From positions 5,152,001-5,216,000 of the forward strand of contig CAWAIF010000003.1 in the NCBI GenBank assembly GCA_963782055.1: a stretch of DNA of 64,000 nt, written 5' to 3'. The translations under genes were made by a program, and so were the position numbers. Below are positions 27,720 to 36,475 of the stretch, one piece after another. Numbering within the stretch: the first letter of the stretch is position 1; every line of letters starts with the position of its first letter. The DNA is from an uncultured delta proteobacterium (GTDB taxonomy: Bacteria; Myxococcota_A; Polyangia; Polyangiales; Polyangiaceae). The notes under the pieces are model-generated. The model saw only the letters and a list, made by a program, of their open reading frames with translations. It had not been told where the DNA came from and did not search any database.

Positions 27720-28766
27720 ATGTCGGCAAGGTCGGTGGTGGCGGTGGCGGTGCTCGGGGCGACGGCGGCGGGGCTCGGCCTCGGGGCCTGCGACGGGGAC
27801 GCGACGTCCCCGGGCGACGGCGGGCCCGACGTGATTGCCTTGGACGCCGCCGGTCCCGAGGCCGGCGTGGACGCGGCCCCCGACGCCCCGACCGACGCCG
27901 CCACCGGGTGCGACACGAGCGCCGCGTTCGGCGCGCCCGTGCTCGTGACCGAGCTCGACGGCCCCGCGGACGACATCGGCGCGCGCCTCTCGGCCGACGG
28001 GCTCACGGTGTACTTCACGAGCAACCGGGCGCTTGGCGACGCGGCCACGCAGGGGCCTCCTGTCACCTTCGGCACCTCGGTCACCATCTACCGCGCGACG
28101 CGGACCGCGGTCGATCAACCCTTCGGCGCGCCGGCGCTCGCCACCGACCTCGACGTGGGCGACAGCACCGGCTTCGCGTCGCTCACGACCGACGGCCTGA
28201 CGGCGTACTTCGCCGCGCAGTGGGACGGCGGCGCGGCCCGGCTGCTCTCGGCGACGCGCGCGACGACGACCGACCCGTTCGGCGGCGCCACCGCCATCCC
28301 CGGCATCGCGGGGAACCTCTCCGACAATCAGCCGTACGTGCTCGGCGACGGCTCGGCGCTCTACTTCGTTTCGGCCCGCACGATCGACGCCGGCTTCAGC
28401 GGCATCCACCTCTTCCGCTCGGGCATCGACGCCGGCGCCGTGGGCGCGCCCGAGCTCGTCCTCGCGAGAACGAACGACGCCGGCCTCGCGATAGTCGTCT
28501 TCTCGCCCGTGGTCAGCGCCGACGAGCTCACCCTCTACTTCGGGTCGCCGGGACCCGGCTTTGGGAGCCACGATGTCTGGCGCGCGACGCGCGCGAGCAC
28601 GTCCGACCCGTTCTCGAACCCCGCGCCCGTCGCCGAGCTGGACTCGACGTCCGACGACATGCCGTCCTACCTCACGCCCGACGGGTGCGCGATCTACCTC
28701 TTCAGCGATCGCCCCGGCGGCGCCGGGCAGTGGGACATCTACCGGGCGAGCAAACCGGCGAAGTGA
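27720..28766 (+). CDS. lipoprotein with PD40/TolB-like beta-propeller repeats
   Basis: Lipobox LGAC; repeated 'LSADGLTVYFTSNR', 'VSADELTLYFGS', 'LTPDGCAIYLFSDRPGG'. Confidence 0.8.
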   Translation: MSARSVVAVAVLGATAAGLGLGACDGDATSPGDGGPDVIALDAAGPEAGVDAAPDAPTDAATGCDTSAAFGAPVLVTELDGPADDIGARLSADGLTVYFTSNRALGDAATQGPPVTFGTSVTIYRATRTAVDQPFGAPALATDLDVGDSTGFASLTTDGLTAYFAAQWDGGAARLLSATRATTTDPFGGATAIPGIAGNLSDNQPYVLGDGSALYFVSARTIDAGFSGIHLFRSGIDAGAVGAPELVLARTNDAGLAIVVFSPVVSADELTLYFGSPGPGFGSHDVWRATRASTSDPFSNPAPVAELDSTSDDMPSYLTPDGCAIYLFSDRPGGAGQWDIYRASKPAK

Positions 28767-28794
28767 CGGCTCGCCGCGTCCCGGTCCCCACTCC

Positions 28795-29955
28795 TCACGC
28801 GCCGCGCTTGAGGACCGACACCGCGTCCACGAGCGCGTCCTGCTCCTCGGCGGCGACTGCGTCGAGGACCGCGCGCAGCTCCGGGTCGGCGACGGCGCCG
28901 GCAATCACCCGGAGGCGTGTCCGGGCTTCCGGCGTGCCCACGACGGCGATCGCCGCGGCGGCCCGCCGCTCCGCCGAGGCGGTCGCATCCTCGGCGATGC
29001 GCCAGCGGACCGCCTCCTCCACCGGGGCCGTGCGGTACGACGCCTCCGCCGTCTGGCGGCGTAGCGCGTCGATCCACTTCGCCGGCTCGACGGTCGCGAG
29101 CGGCCCTGGCTCCGCCTCGGTGGCGGCCTGGTCCTTCGAGCGGACCGGCATCCTCTGGAGGGCGCGCCAGAGCGCGCGGCGCCGGCCGCCCGAGGAGCGG
29201 AGTTCGAGGATCTCGTCGCTGCCGAGGACCAGGGTGAGACCCTCCCTGATCTCGGTGATCGCCCTCCGCGGGAGGAACCTGGAGACGGCGCCGTTGCGGA
29301 GCAGCACGCCGTCGTTGCCCACTGTCACCTGCGTGCGCGCGAGGGTGCCCCGCGCGAGGAGGAAGGCGAGCACGAGCGTGGCGACCGCCGAGAGCGGCGC
29401 GGCGACGATGGCCGTCGCCAGGTCGACGCCGAGCCCGACGCCCGCCGCGATCGCCATCGCGGCGCAGACGGAGGCCGTCGCGGCCACCGCCGTGCGCCCG
29501 GGCGAGACGAGCGACCAGCACGCGACGGTGAAGGTCCGGCAGACGGTCAGGGGCCGCCGCGCGGGGACGAGGACCGTCCGGATGCGCGTCGCGGCCTCGA
29601 GCGGGACGTCGAGGGTGAGGGTCTCGCCCGGGAGCGCGATCTGGAGGACGGGCGCGCCTGGGGTGATCGCCACCGCGTCGACGTCCTGGGCGGTGAGCCG
29701 GCGATCGCCGATCAGGACCGCGACGTCGGTCGTCTGGACGGTGAGCGTCCGTGCGCCTGGGGAGAAGAGCCAGTAGACGAGCGCATCCAGGAGCAGGAAC
29801 GGCAGCAGCAGCAGGTCCCCGTACGGCACCAAGAAGAAGACGAGCAAGCTGACGGCGAGCAACGCGAGGCCGATCGGGACGCGCGTCCGCCAGACCGCGG
29901 AGCTCATCACGGTCACGTCCTGCCGGAACTGCTTCGTCGCCCCCGCCACCGACAC
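28795..29955 (-). CDS. hypothetical membrane protein
   Basis: Several TM segments. C-terminal 'YRTAP..RRAAAAIAV..RLRVIA..PELRAVLDAVA' is shared with 59938-60554. Confidence 0.6.
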   Translation of the reverse strand: MSVAGATKQFRQDVTVMSSAVWRTRVPIGLALLAVSLLVFFLVPYGDLLLLPFLLLDALVYWLFSPGARTLTVQTTDVAVLIGDRRLTAQDVDAVAITPGAPVLQIALPGETLTLDVPLEAATRIRTVLVPARRPLTVCRTFTVACWSLVSPGRTAVAATASVCAAMAIAAGVGLGVDLATAIVAAPLSAVATLVLAFLLARGTLARTQVTVGNDGVLLRNGAVSRFLPRRAITEIREGLTLVLGSDEILELRSSGGRRRALWRALQRMPVRSKDQAATEAEPGPLATVEPAKWIDALRRQTAEASYRTAPVEEAVRWRIAEDATASAERRAAAAIAVVGTPEARTRLRVIAGAVADPELRAVLDAVAAEEQDALVDAVSVLKRGA

Positions 29956-30204
29956 CAGATTACGCCACGGGCCCTCACGGTGCCCGGGCGATGGGCATGG
30001 GCGCGAGCGGCCCGGCGCGAACGACGCGGCGCCACGCTCCGCTCATCGGACGTGAACCGAGCGTCACGCTTGCTCGAGGCGGCGGCGCAGGCGGGACAAA
30101 CCATCGAAGCTTCCAGATGAGGCACCGGGCGAACCGGCGCCGTCGGGCTGCGCCCACGAAGAAGCGCATTGCGCTCCATCGCGGGCTGTGCGTTCCTGCG
30201 CGGC

Positions 30205-30921
30205 ATGAGAAAGCTGGTGATGCTGTTGGCGTGCCTCGCCGTTCTTGGCGCCTGCAAGAAGGCGAAGGAGGGCGGCAAGTGCGACGCGAAGGGGCAGATG
30301 CCGGGGCACGGTCCCGGTGAGTGCATCGACAAGGGCAACGCGCTGGTGTGCGTGGCCGGCACGTTCCAGAAAGTGAAGTGCCAGTCGTCCCCGATCGGTT
30401 GCCAGAAGATCGCCGGCTCCGTGAGCTGCAACGTGATCACCGACGACGGCGAGCCCTGCAACGGCGACAAGAAGGTCGCATGCTCCACGGACGGCAAGAA
30501 GATGCTCGACTGCGCGGACGGCAAGTGGAAGTTGCGCATGTCGTGTAGCCGGCTCTGCGTGGACAACGTGCAGGGCGTGCGCTGCGAGAGCGCGGAGGGC
30601 AGCGAGGGCGATCCGTGCACCGCGAAGCAGAAGGATCAGGGCGTGTGCTCCAAGGACAAGAGCAAGCTCCTGGTGTGCGACGGCTCGAAGATGGTCGTCA
30701 CCAGCACCTGCCGCGGCCAGAACCACTGCCGCGCCGTCGGCTCGAAGCTCGATTGCGACACCTCGATGGCGGAGGTGGACGACCCGTGCGAAGACAAGGA
30801 CACCCTCTCCTGCGACACGGCGAGGAAGACGCTGCTCGAGTGCGACGGCAAGAAGTTCGTGAAGAAGCAGGCGTGCAAGAAGCGCTGCGACAACGCCTTC
30901 GGCAAGTACTCGTGTAACTGA
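30205..30921 (+). CDS. Cys-rich repeat lipoprotein
   Basis: LAVLGAC lipobox; repeated 'GEPC..CS.DGK..L.C.G.K' units. Confidence 0.75.
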   Translation: MRKLVMLLACLAVLGACKKAKEGGKCDAKGQMPGHGPGECIDKGNALVCVAGTFQKVKCQSSPIGCQKIAGSVSCNVITDDGEPCNGDKKVACSTDGKKMLDCADGKWKLRMSCSRLCVDNVQGVRCESAEGSEGDPCTAKQKDQGVCSKDKSKLLVCDGSKMVVTSTCRGQNHCRAVGSKLDCDTSMAEVDDPCEDKDTLSCDTARKTLLECDGKKFVKKQACKKRCDNAFGKYSCN

Positions 30922-30968
30922 CTCTTCTCTCCCATGACCGTGCGAGACCCGCGACCAAGGTCGTTGGA

Positions 30969-30995
30969 CCGGAAGAGCTAGTCTCGCTCTTCCGG
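30969..30995. terminator. GC-rich hairpin, possible terminator
   Basis: CCGGAAGAGC-TAGTCTC-GCTCTTCCGG perfect 10-bp stem after the Cys-rich gene; no U-tract. Confidence 0.35.
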
Positions 30996-31344
30996 CTCGG
31001 CGGCTTCGTCCAGCCATTCGAGCATTCGAGCAGCGCGGCGGCTGGGTTCAGTCGCTTGGCCCCCTACCGCCCGGAACGTGCGCGGAACGTGCGCGCCATG
31101 AGCTCGGCCCACGGCCAGTAGCGACACCCTCGGCCGAAGATCATCCCCAAGCCCGCAGCGACGGCCGCAGCACGGCGAGGCTCTTGCCCGTCTGGTGCAC
31201 GCGTCGCAACGAAACCCGGTGCCCACGGGCGCGCCGAGCGCCTGAAGCGACGACGTATCCCCTGAGAGGGAGGATCAGCAGGTCAGGGGCGCGTCCGCCC
31301 AACACGCCTTGAATGACCTGCGACCTGAATCGCCGAGTCGACGT

Positions 31345-31734
31345 TCAGAGCGGCTTCTTCGCGTACGCGCGGCGCGCTTCCGCCATGGCCTCGCGGTGCT
31401 GCGTCGACCAGTCGAGGAGACCGCGGAGGGGCTTGACGAGCGTGCGGCCCATGGGCGTCAGCTCGTAGTCGACGCGCGGCGGGACGGTCGGGAAGACCGT
31501 GCGCTTCACGAGGCCGTTCTGTTCCAGGCGCTTCAGGCTCAGGGTGAGCATGCGCTGCGAGATGCCGTCGACCGCACGCTGGAGCTCGTTGTAGCGGACC
31601 GAGGGGCGCCGCCTCAGCGCGCCGAGGACCAGGATCGTCCACTTGTCTCGGAGGAGCGCGATCGCTTCGCTCGCCGCGACGCACTGGGTTTGCGCAGGCT
31701 CGTCCATGCGAACGAATTTGTTCGTGGCGCTCAC
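31345..31734 (-). CDS. HxlR family winged-helix regulator
   Basis: 'DKWTILVL..RYNELQRAVDGISQRMLTLSLKRLEQNGLVKRTVFPTVPPRVDYELT'. Confidence 0.93.
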   Translation of the reverse strand: MSATNKFVRMDEPAQTQCVAASEAIALLRDKWTILVLGALRRRPSVRYNELQRAVDGISQRMLTLSLKRLEQNGLVKRTVFPTVPPRVDYELTPMGRTLVKPLRGLLDWSTQHREAMAEARRAYAKKPL

Positions 31735-31782
31735 GAATGTGCCTCCTTGTGCTCGTTCGCGCGCACGGGAACCATGGCGCCC

Positions 31783-32391
31783 ATGACGGACCAGTTGCGG
31801 ATCGGGGTCGTTCTCGGCAGCACGCGTACCGGGCGCTTCTCGGACAGGCCGGCGGAGTGGCTACGCTCGCTCGCCGCGAAGCGGGAAGGCTTGGCGGTCG
31901 AGCTCGTCGACCTGCGCGACTTTCCGCTGCCGTTCTTCGACGAGCCGAAGTCGCCGTTTCGTGCGCCGTCGAAGAACGAGGTGGCGGTGCGCTGGGGGCG
32001 GAAGGTCGCCGATCTCGACGCGTTCGTGTTCGTCACGGGCGAGTACAACCATAGCATCGCCGCGGCGCTGAAGAACGCGCTCGACTATCTCTATGCGGAG
32101 TGGAACCGCAAGCCGGCGGCGTTCGTCGGCTATGGAAACGCGGGCGGGGCGCGGGGCATCGAGCAGCTACGGCTGATGCTGGTGGAGCTGCAGATGGCGC
32201 CGCTCCGGTCGGCGGTGCACCTCGGGCGGGAGGACTACATGGGGTTGCTCATGCACGGCAAGACCTTCGCCGACTTCCCGCACCTCGCGCAGGCGGCGGA
32301 GCTGATGCTCGACGACTTGACGTGGTGGGGCCGCACGCTCCGCGCGGGACGGGAGGGCGCCCGCGCTCTGCTTCCGCTCGACTCTCGCTAG
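31783..32391 (+). CDS. NADPH-dependent FMN reductase
   Basis: 'LGSTRTGR', 'VTGEYNHSIAAALKNALDYLYAEWNRKP', 'GGARGIEQLR'. Divergent from hxlR. Confidence 0.92.
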   Translation: MTDQLRIGVVLGSTRTGRFSDRPAEWLRSLAAKREGLAVELVDLRDFPLPFFDEPKSPFRAPSKNEVAVRWGRKVADLDAFVFVTGEYNHSIAAALKNALDYLYAEWNRKPAAFVGYGNAGGARGIEQLRLMLVELQMAPLRSAVHLGREDYMGLLMHGKTFADFPHLAQAAELMLDDLTWWGRTLRAGREGARALLPLDSR

Positions 32392-32418
32392 CGCGCGCCG
32401 TACGCGCGCGCTAGCGAG
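32384..32418. terminator. perfect 14-bp hairpin at end of FMN reductase gene
   Basis: CTCGCTAGCGCGCG-CCGTACG-CGCGCGCTAGCGAG. Confidence 0.4.
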
Positions 32419-32750
32419 GTACCTGGTGCGCTCGACGACGCCGCCGCGATCCTCCGGGCGTTCGCGGAGCCGGACGAGGACTCCCAGGACGAGGCGTTCC
32501 ACGGCGTGATGGGGACGCTGCATCACCAGGGCGATCTCCACGAGGCGACGGCCTACGCCCTCCCCTTTCTGTGCGCGCTGGCGGCCGATCCGCCTTTCAC
32601 GTCCGAGCCGCGCCTGCTCTGCGGGTTGATCACCATCGCGGGGTGCACGACGTACGAGAAGAACGCGGCGGTCGCGCCGGCCTCCAGCGACGCGCGAGCA
32701 GCTCGGCCACACGTGCCGTGCGGCTTGGAGGAGCGCGGACACCGCACCCG

Positions 32751-33527
32751 TCACGGCATGGCGAGGGTCGCGCCCAGCGGGAGGTGGTCCGACGGCTCCT
32801 GCTCCGACGGCAGCGGCGTCGCGTCGGCGATCGCGCGCGGCGTCTGCGGCGTCGGACGCAGCGGGCCGCGCCACAGGACGTAGTCGATCCGCTTCGCCAC
32901 GCCATTGGCATTGGAGGTGCTGGCCGGGGCGCGCTCGTGCGCGTCCAGGAGGCCGCCGCCGCGGAGCGCGCGCATCACGACGGCCTCCGGCGTCACGTTC
33001 AGATCGCCGCACAGGATCTGCGCCGGGGTGGGCTCGCGGCGCAGGAGGTCGAGCGCCTCGGTCGCCTGGCGCAGCCCCCAGCTCTCGTCCTCCGACGTGT
33101 CCGGGGGGTCCCACTTCAGGTGCGTGTTGAGGACGGCGATGTGCGCGTCGCCCTGCGCGACGACGACGAGCTGCGCGAGGTGGCCCGACGGCGCGCCGCC
33201 GGCGCCGTCGCGGTAGGGATGGCGACGGCTGTCGGCGAGGGTCCACGGGGCGCGCACGAAGGTGGCGCACCCGTCGGGCCTGCCCTCCTTGAGGGCGTGC
33301 GCGGCGGCGTACCCCGCGGGCTCCAGCGTCGCCGCCAGCGCGGCGAAGACGGCGGCGTCGACCTCCTGCAAGCAGAGGACGTCGGCGTCGAGCTCGCGCG
33401 CGCGGCGGACGATGGCCGGGTGACGCCATTGCGGGTCGAGGAACCGCTCGGCGACGCGCGGGTAGAAGGCGCGCCGGATGTAGCCCGTCGCGAGGACGTT
33501 CCAGGTGAAGAAGACGAGCGGTCTCAC
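32751..33527 (-). CDS. endonuclease/exonuclease/phosphatase (CCR4/nocturnin-like)
   Basis: TWNVLA, LCLQEVD, NTHLK, CGDLN, RIDY and SDH motifs. Confidence 0.9.
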   Translation of the reverse strand: MRPLVFFTWNVLATGYIRRAFYPRVAERFLDPQWRHPAIVRRARELDADVLCLQEVDAAVFAALAATLEPAGYAAAHALKEGRPDGCATFVRAPWTLADSRRHPYRDGAGGAPSGHLAQLVVVAQGDAHIAVLNTHLKWDPPDTSEDESWGLRQATEALDLLRREPTPAQILCGDLNVTPEAVVMRALRGGGLLDAHERAPASTSNANGVAKRIDYVLWRGPLRPTPQTPRAIADATPLPSEQEPSDHLPLGATLAMP

Positions 33528-33668
33528 CCGGACCTCGCTCAGCAGGACGAGCCGGGCTCGCGCAGGAAGGCTCGCTCCGCGTCCGTGCTCCCCGAGGGTC
33601 CCATGGCCACCGGAGAGGCTACACCGATTTCCGTCGGGGCGAGTCGATCGCCGGTGACGCGGAGACCT

Positions 33669-34457
33669 TCACGCACGCCGCGCCAGCTGCAGCCGCGCCG
33701 TGGAGTGGCGCTCCACCTGCCCGCCGAACTGGCGGTCGATGATCTCGCCGATGGCGTCGAAGAGGCGCGCGCGCCGGTCGGCGGGCAGCGTGGCGTGGTC
33801 GGAGAAGGTGGCCAGGGTGTCCAGGTAGCGCTGCCGATCGAAGCGGTGCGCCTGGGGGAAATGCCGCTCGGCGAAGTCACGCAGCTCCGGCGTGTCGCGG
33901 ATGGCCTGGCCGATCGCGTCCACCTCGCCGCCCATGCGGTCCACCGTCTCGCGCGAGATCTCCGGCGCATGCGCGCGGTACGCGGGCTGGAGCGCCGCGT
34001 CGACGCGCTCGTCCTCCGCGGTGCGCCGCGGCGCGCCCCAGATCAACGCCAGCGCGCCGCTGGGTTTGAGCACCTTCACCACCTGGCGCAGGGCGCGCTC
34101 GCGATCGAGCCAGTGGAACGCCGAGCTGCACACGACCAGGTCCACGCTCGCGGGCTGCAGCGCCACGTCCTCCAGCTTGCCCACCTCCACGGTGAAGGGG
34201 AACGCCGCCAGTCGCTCCCGCGCGAAGGCGGCCAGGTTCTCGCCGAGCTCCACCGCGTGGATCCGGAAGCCGCGCTCGAGCAGCGGCAGCGAGGCGTTGC
34301 CCGGCCCGCAGCCGATCTCCAGCGCGTCGGCGGGCGGCGGCATGATGGCGACGAGGGCGTCGAGGAGCTCGGGTGGCGGGGACGGGCGCGCGCGGGCGTA
34401 GAGCTCGGCCATCTGGTCGAAGCTGCGGCGGCGTGCGTCGGCGGTGGCGGCGGACAT
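33669..34457 (-). CDS. class I SAM-dependent methyltransferase
   Basis: 'SFDQMAELYARARP', LEIGCGPG, AFHW. Confidence 0.88.
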   Translation of the reverse strand: MSAATADARRRSFDQMAELYARARPSPPPELLDALVAIMPPPADALEIGCGPGNASLPLLERGFRIHAVELGENLAAFARERLAAFPFTVEVGKLEDVALQPASVDLVVCSSAFHWLDRERALRQVVKVLKPSGALALIWGAPRRTAEDERVDAALQPAYRAHAPEISRETVDRMGGEVDAIGQAIRDTPELRDFAERHFPQAHRFDRQRYLDTLATFSDHATLPADRRARLFDAIGEIIDRQFGGQVERHSTARLQLARRA

Positions 34458-34502
34458 CGGTCGATCCTACTCCCTTCCCGCCGCACGACCGGCGCTTCGC
34501 CG

Positions 34503-34550
34503 TATGCGAAATGGGGCCGTCCGGCCTCACTGGAAGGACGGACCAGGGTG
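34503..34550 (+). repeat. dispersed bipartite repeat, arm B alone
   Basis: TATGCGAAATGGGGCCGTCCGGCCTCACTGGAAGGACGGACCAGGGTG. Confidence 0.9.
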
Positions 34551-34565
34551 CGTAGAGTGGGCTGC

Positions 34566-35846
34566 TCAAAGACAGCTGCGTGGCTGCAAGATCAGCCCAG
34601 GCGCGGGGCTCTGGTGAAAGTCGAACGCGCCGAGGAGGTCACCGGCGGTTCCGTCCCGCGCGGTGGGCGACTCGCTCGACATGCGCGGCAGTCCGAAGAG
34701 ATCCTCGATGAGACGTGGGATGGAGGCCTGCTCGGTCGGCGTGTGGTAGACGCCGCCCTTCGCCGTCCACGGCGAGATCAGCAGCGTGGGCACGCGAAAC
34801 CCCGCGTTGAAGGGACCGGCGTCGCCCTGGCAAGGCGCCACGGTCGGCGCGACGTGATCGTAGAAGCCGCCCCAGTCGTCGTAGGTGACGATGAGCAGCG
34901 ACTCGTTCCAGTGCGGGCCCTGCATGATCGCGTTCGCGATGGCGACCGTGTCGTTCTCTCCGAGGCAGATGTTCTGGGGCGGGTGCTCGCTGTGATTGCC
35001 GCCCCAGACGTAGGTGATGTTCGCCATGTCGCCGGCCTTCAGGTCGCCGAGCAGGGCGCTGTTCAGCTTCGTCATGCCGCTCGTGCCCGCCGCGTGGACG
35101 CCCTGGATCGCGTCGAACGGCGAGGCCAGCGGCACCGTCGGCACGTACCGATCGGTGTAGCTGCGCCAGGTCACGCCGTCGGGCAAGTGGTCCACGATCG
35201 AGGGGATCGAGAAGCAGGGCTTCCGCGCGCCGTTCTCCGCGCACGTCGACGGATCGTAGGTGGGGGCCACCGCTTGATCCGTGTCGGCGCAGCTCCAGTC
35301 GACCCCGCTGGGATTCTCGTACGCCGGAGACTGCGCCGAGATGAGGGCCAGATAGCCGGGGAAGCTTCCGCCGAGGGTCGTGCTGAAGAAGGCATCACAC
35401 AGCACGTACTGGTCGGCGTACGCGTAGTAGTTCGGGATCGTCGCCTTCGTGTACTGCTCGAACGGCAAGAGCGGATCGGTGGGCTGCGGTACGAGATCGA
35501 AGCCGTCCATCGCGCCGTGGTCGTAGCTGGTCACGGCGGCCGGGTGTTCGTGCGCGGGGTTACCGTCCAGCGTGCCCTGCGGCATCGGCGTGAGCGGACG
35601 CGTACCGCCATCGGACAGCCTGGCTGCCGACGCGCCGTCGACGCCCGGGTACGCGCCGAAGAGGCTGTCGAAGGTGTGGTTCTCCTTCACGAGCACCACC
35701 ACGTAGCGGATCGGAGACGCGATCCCCGCGTCGGCATCCGGCCCGGCGTCCGGGGGTGGCGCCGTCGAGTCGGGGCTGTCACAGGCCGCCGCCGCGAGCG
35801 TCGCGATCACGACGAGGCCACTCGCCCACCGCACCAAGCTTCGCAT
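34566..35846 (-). CDS. phosphoesterase/phospholipase C-like lipoprotein
   Basis: 'VVLVKENHTFDSLFG', 'SEHPP', 'TYDDWGGFYDHV', 'GFRVPTLLISPW'. Confidence 0.9.
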   Translation of the reverse strand: MRSLVRWASGLVVIATLAAAACDSPDSTAPPPDAGPDADAGIASPIRYVVVLVKENHTFDSLFGAYPGVDGASAARLSDGGTRPLTPMPQGTLDGNPAHEHPAAVTSYDHGAMDGFDLVPQPTDPLLPFEQYTKATIPNYYAYADQYVLCDAFFSTTLGGSFPGYLALISAQSPAYENPSGVDWSCADTDQAVAPTYDPSTCAENGARKPCFSIPSIVDHLPDGVTWRSYTDRYVPTVPLASPFDAIQGVHAAGTSGMTKLNSALLGDLKAGDMANITYVWGGNHSEHPPQNICLGENDTVAIANAIMQGPHWNESLLIVTYDDWGGFYDHVAPTVAPCQGDAGPFNAGFRVPTLLISPWTAKGGVYHTPTEQASIPRLIEDLFGLPRMSSESPTARDGTAGDLLGAFDFHQSPAPGLILQPRSCL

Positions 35847-36037
35847 CCGTCACCGTCCCTCATGTCACTCGCGCGTCCGTTGGGAGAAGAGGCCGTCCAG
35901 AGGGGATCGTACGTCAAAGGGGGCTCGCACGGTGGCGTCTGCCGGGCTACGACGGGGGCGCGAAAAGAATCGTGCGGGGGCGTGTCGATCCGGCGGCGGC
36001 TCCTTCGTCGCGAGATCGGAACCCCGAGGAGGATCCC

Positions 36038-36409
36038 ATGAAGTACCTGACATTCATCCGCCACTCCGAGTCCTACCGCGCCACCCCGCCACCGTCCGCG
36101 CTGATGGACGCCATGCGCGAGTTCGTGGAGCGTTCGTTGAAGGAGGGCACGCTCCTCGACACCGGTGGCCTCTTGCCGAGCAAGGACGGCGTGCGCGTCC
36201 GGCTCGCGGCCGGCAAGATCACCGTGACCGACGGGCCGTTCAGCGAGGGCAAGGAGATCATCGGTGGCTGGGCCATCCTGAAGACCGACTCCAAGGCCGA
36301 GGCCGTCCGCGTCGCGACCGAGTTCATGGAGCTGCATCGAAAGCACTGGCCCGGCTTCGAGGGCGAGTCGGAGGTGAGGCCGATGTTCGACCCCGGCATG
36401 GGGCCGTAG
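36038..36409 (+). CDS. YciI/DGPF-domain protein
   Basis: 'VTDGPFSEGKEIIGGW'; SD GAGGAG upstream. Confidence 0.9.
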   Translation: MKYLTFIRHSESYRATPPPSALMDAMREFVERSLKEGTLLDTGGLLPSKDGVRVRLAAGKITVTDGPFSEGKEIIGGWAILKTDSKAEAVRVATEFMELHRKHWPGFEGESEVRPMFDPGMGP

Positions 36410-36475
36410 CGCGTCGACATCGGGAGCTGGCGCGCGCGCTCGCCGCGACGTTCGTGGTGACGCCCGGAGACGTGT

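Noticed and set aside
32430..32700. Intact gene around 'GTLHHQGDLHEATAYALPFL'
   Set aside because: Looks like a short internal fragment with no clear start, and the ORF's 3' end runs into the convergent EEP gene.
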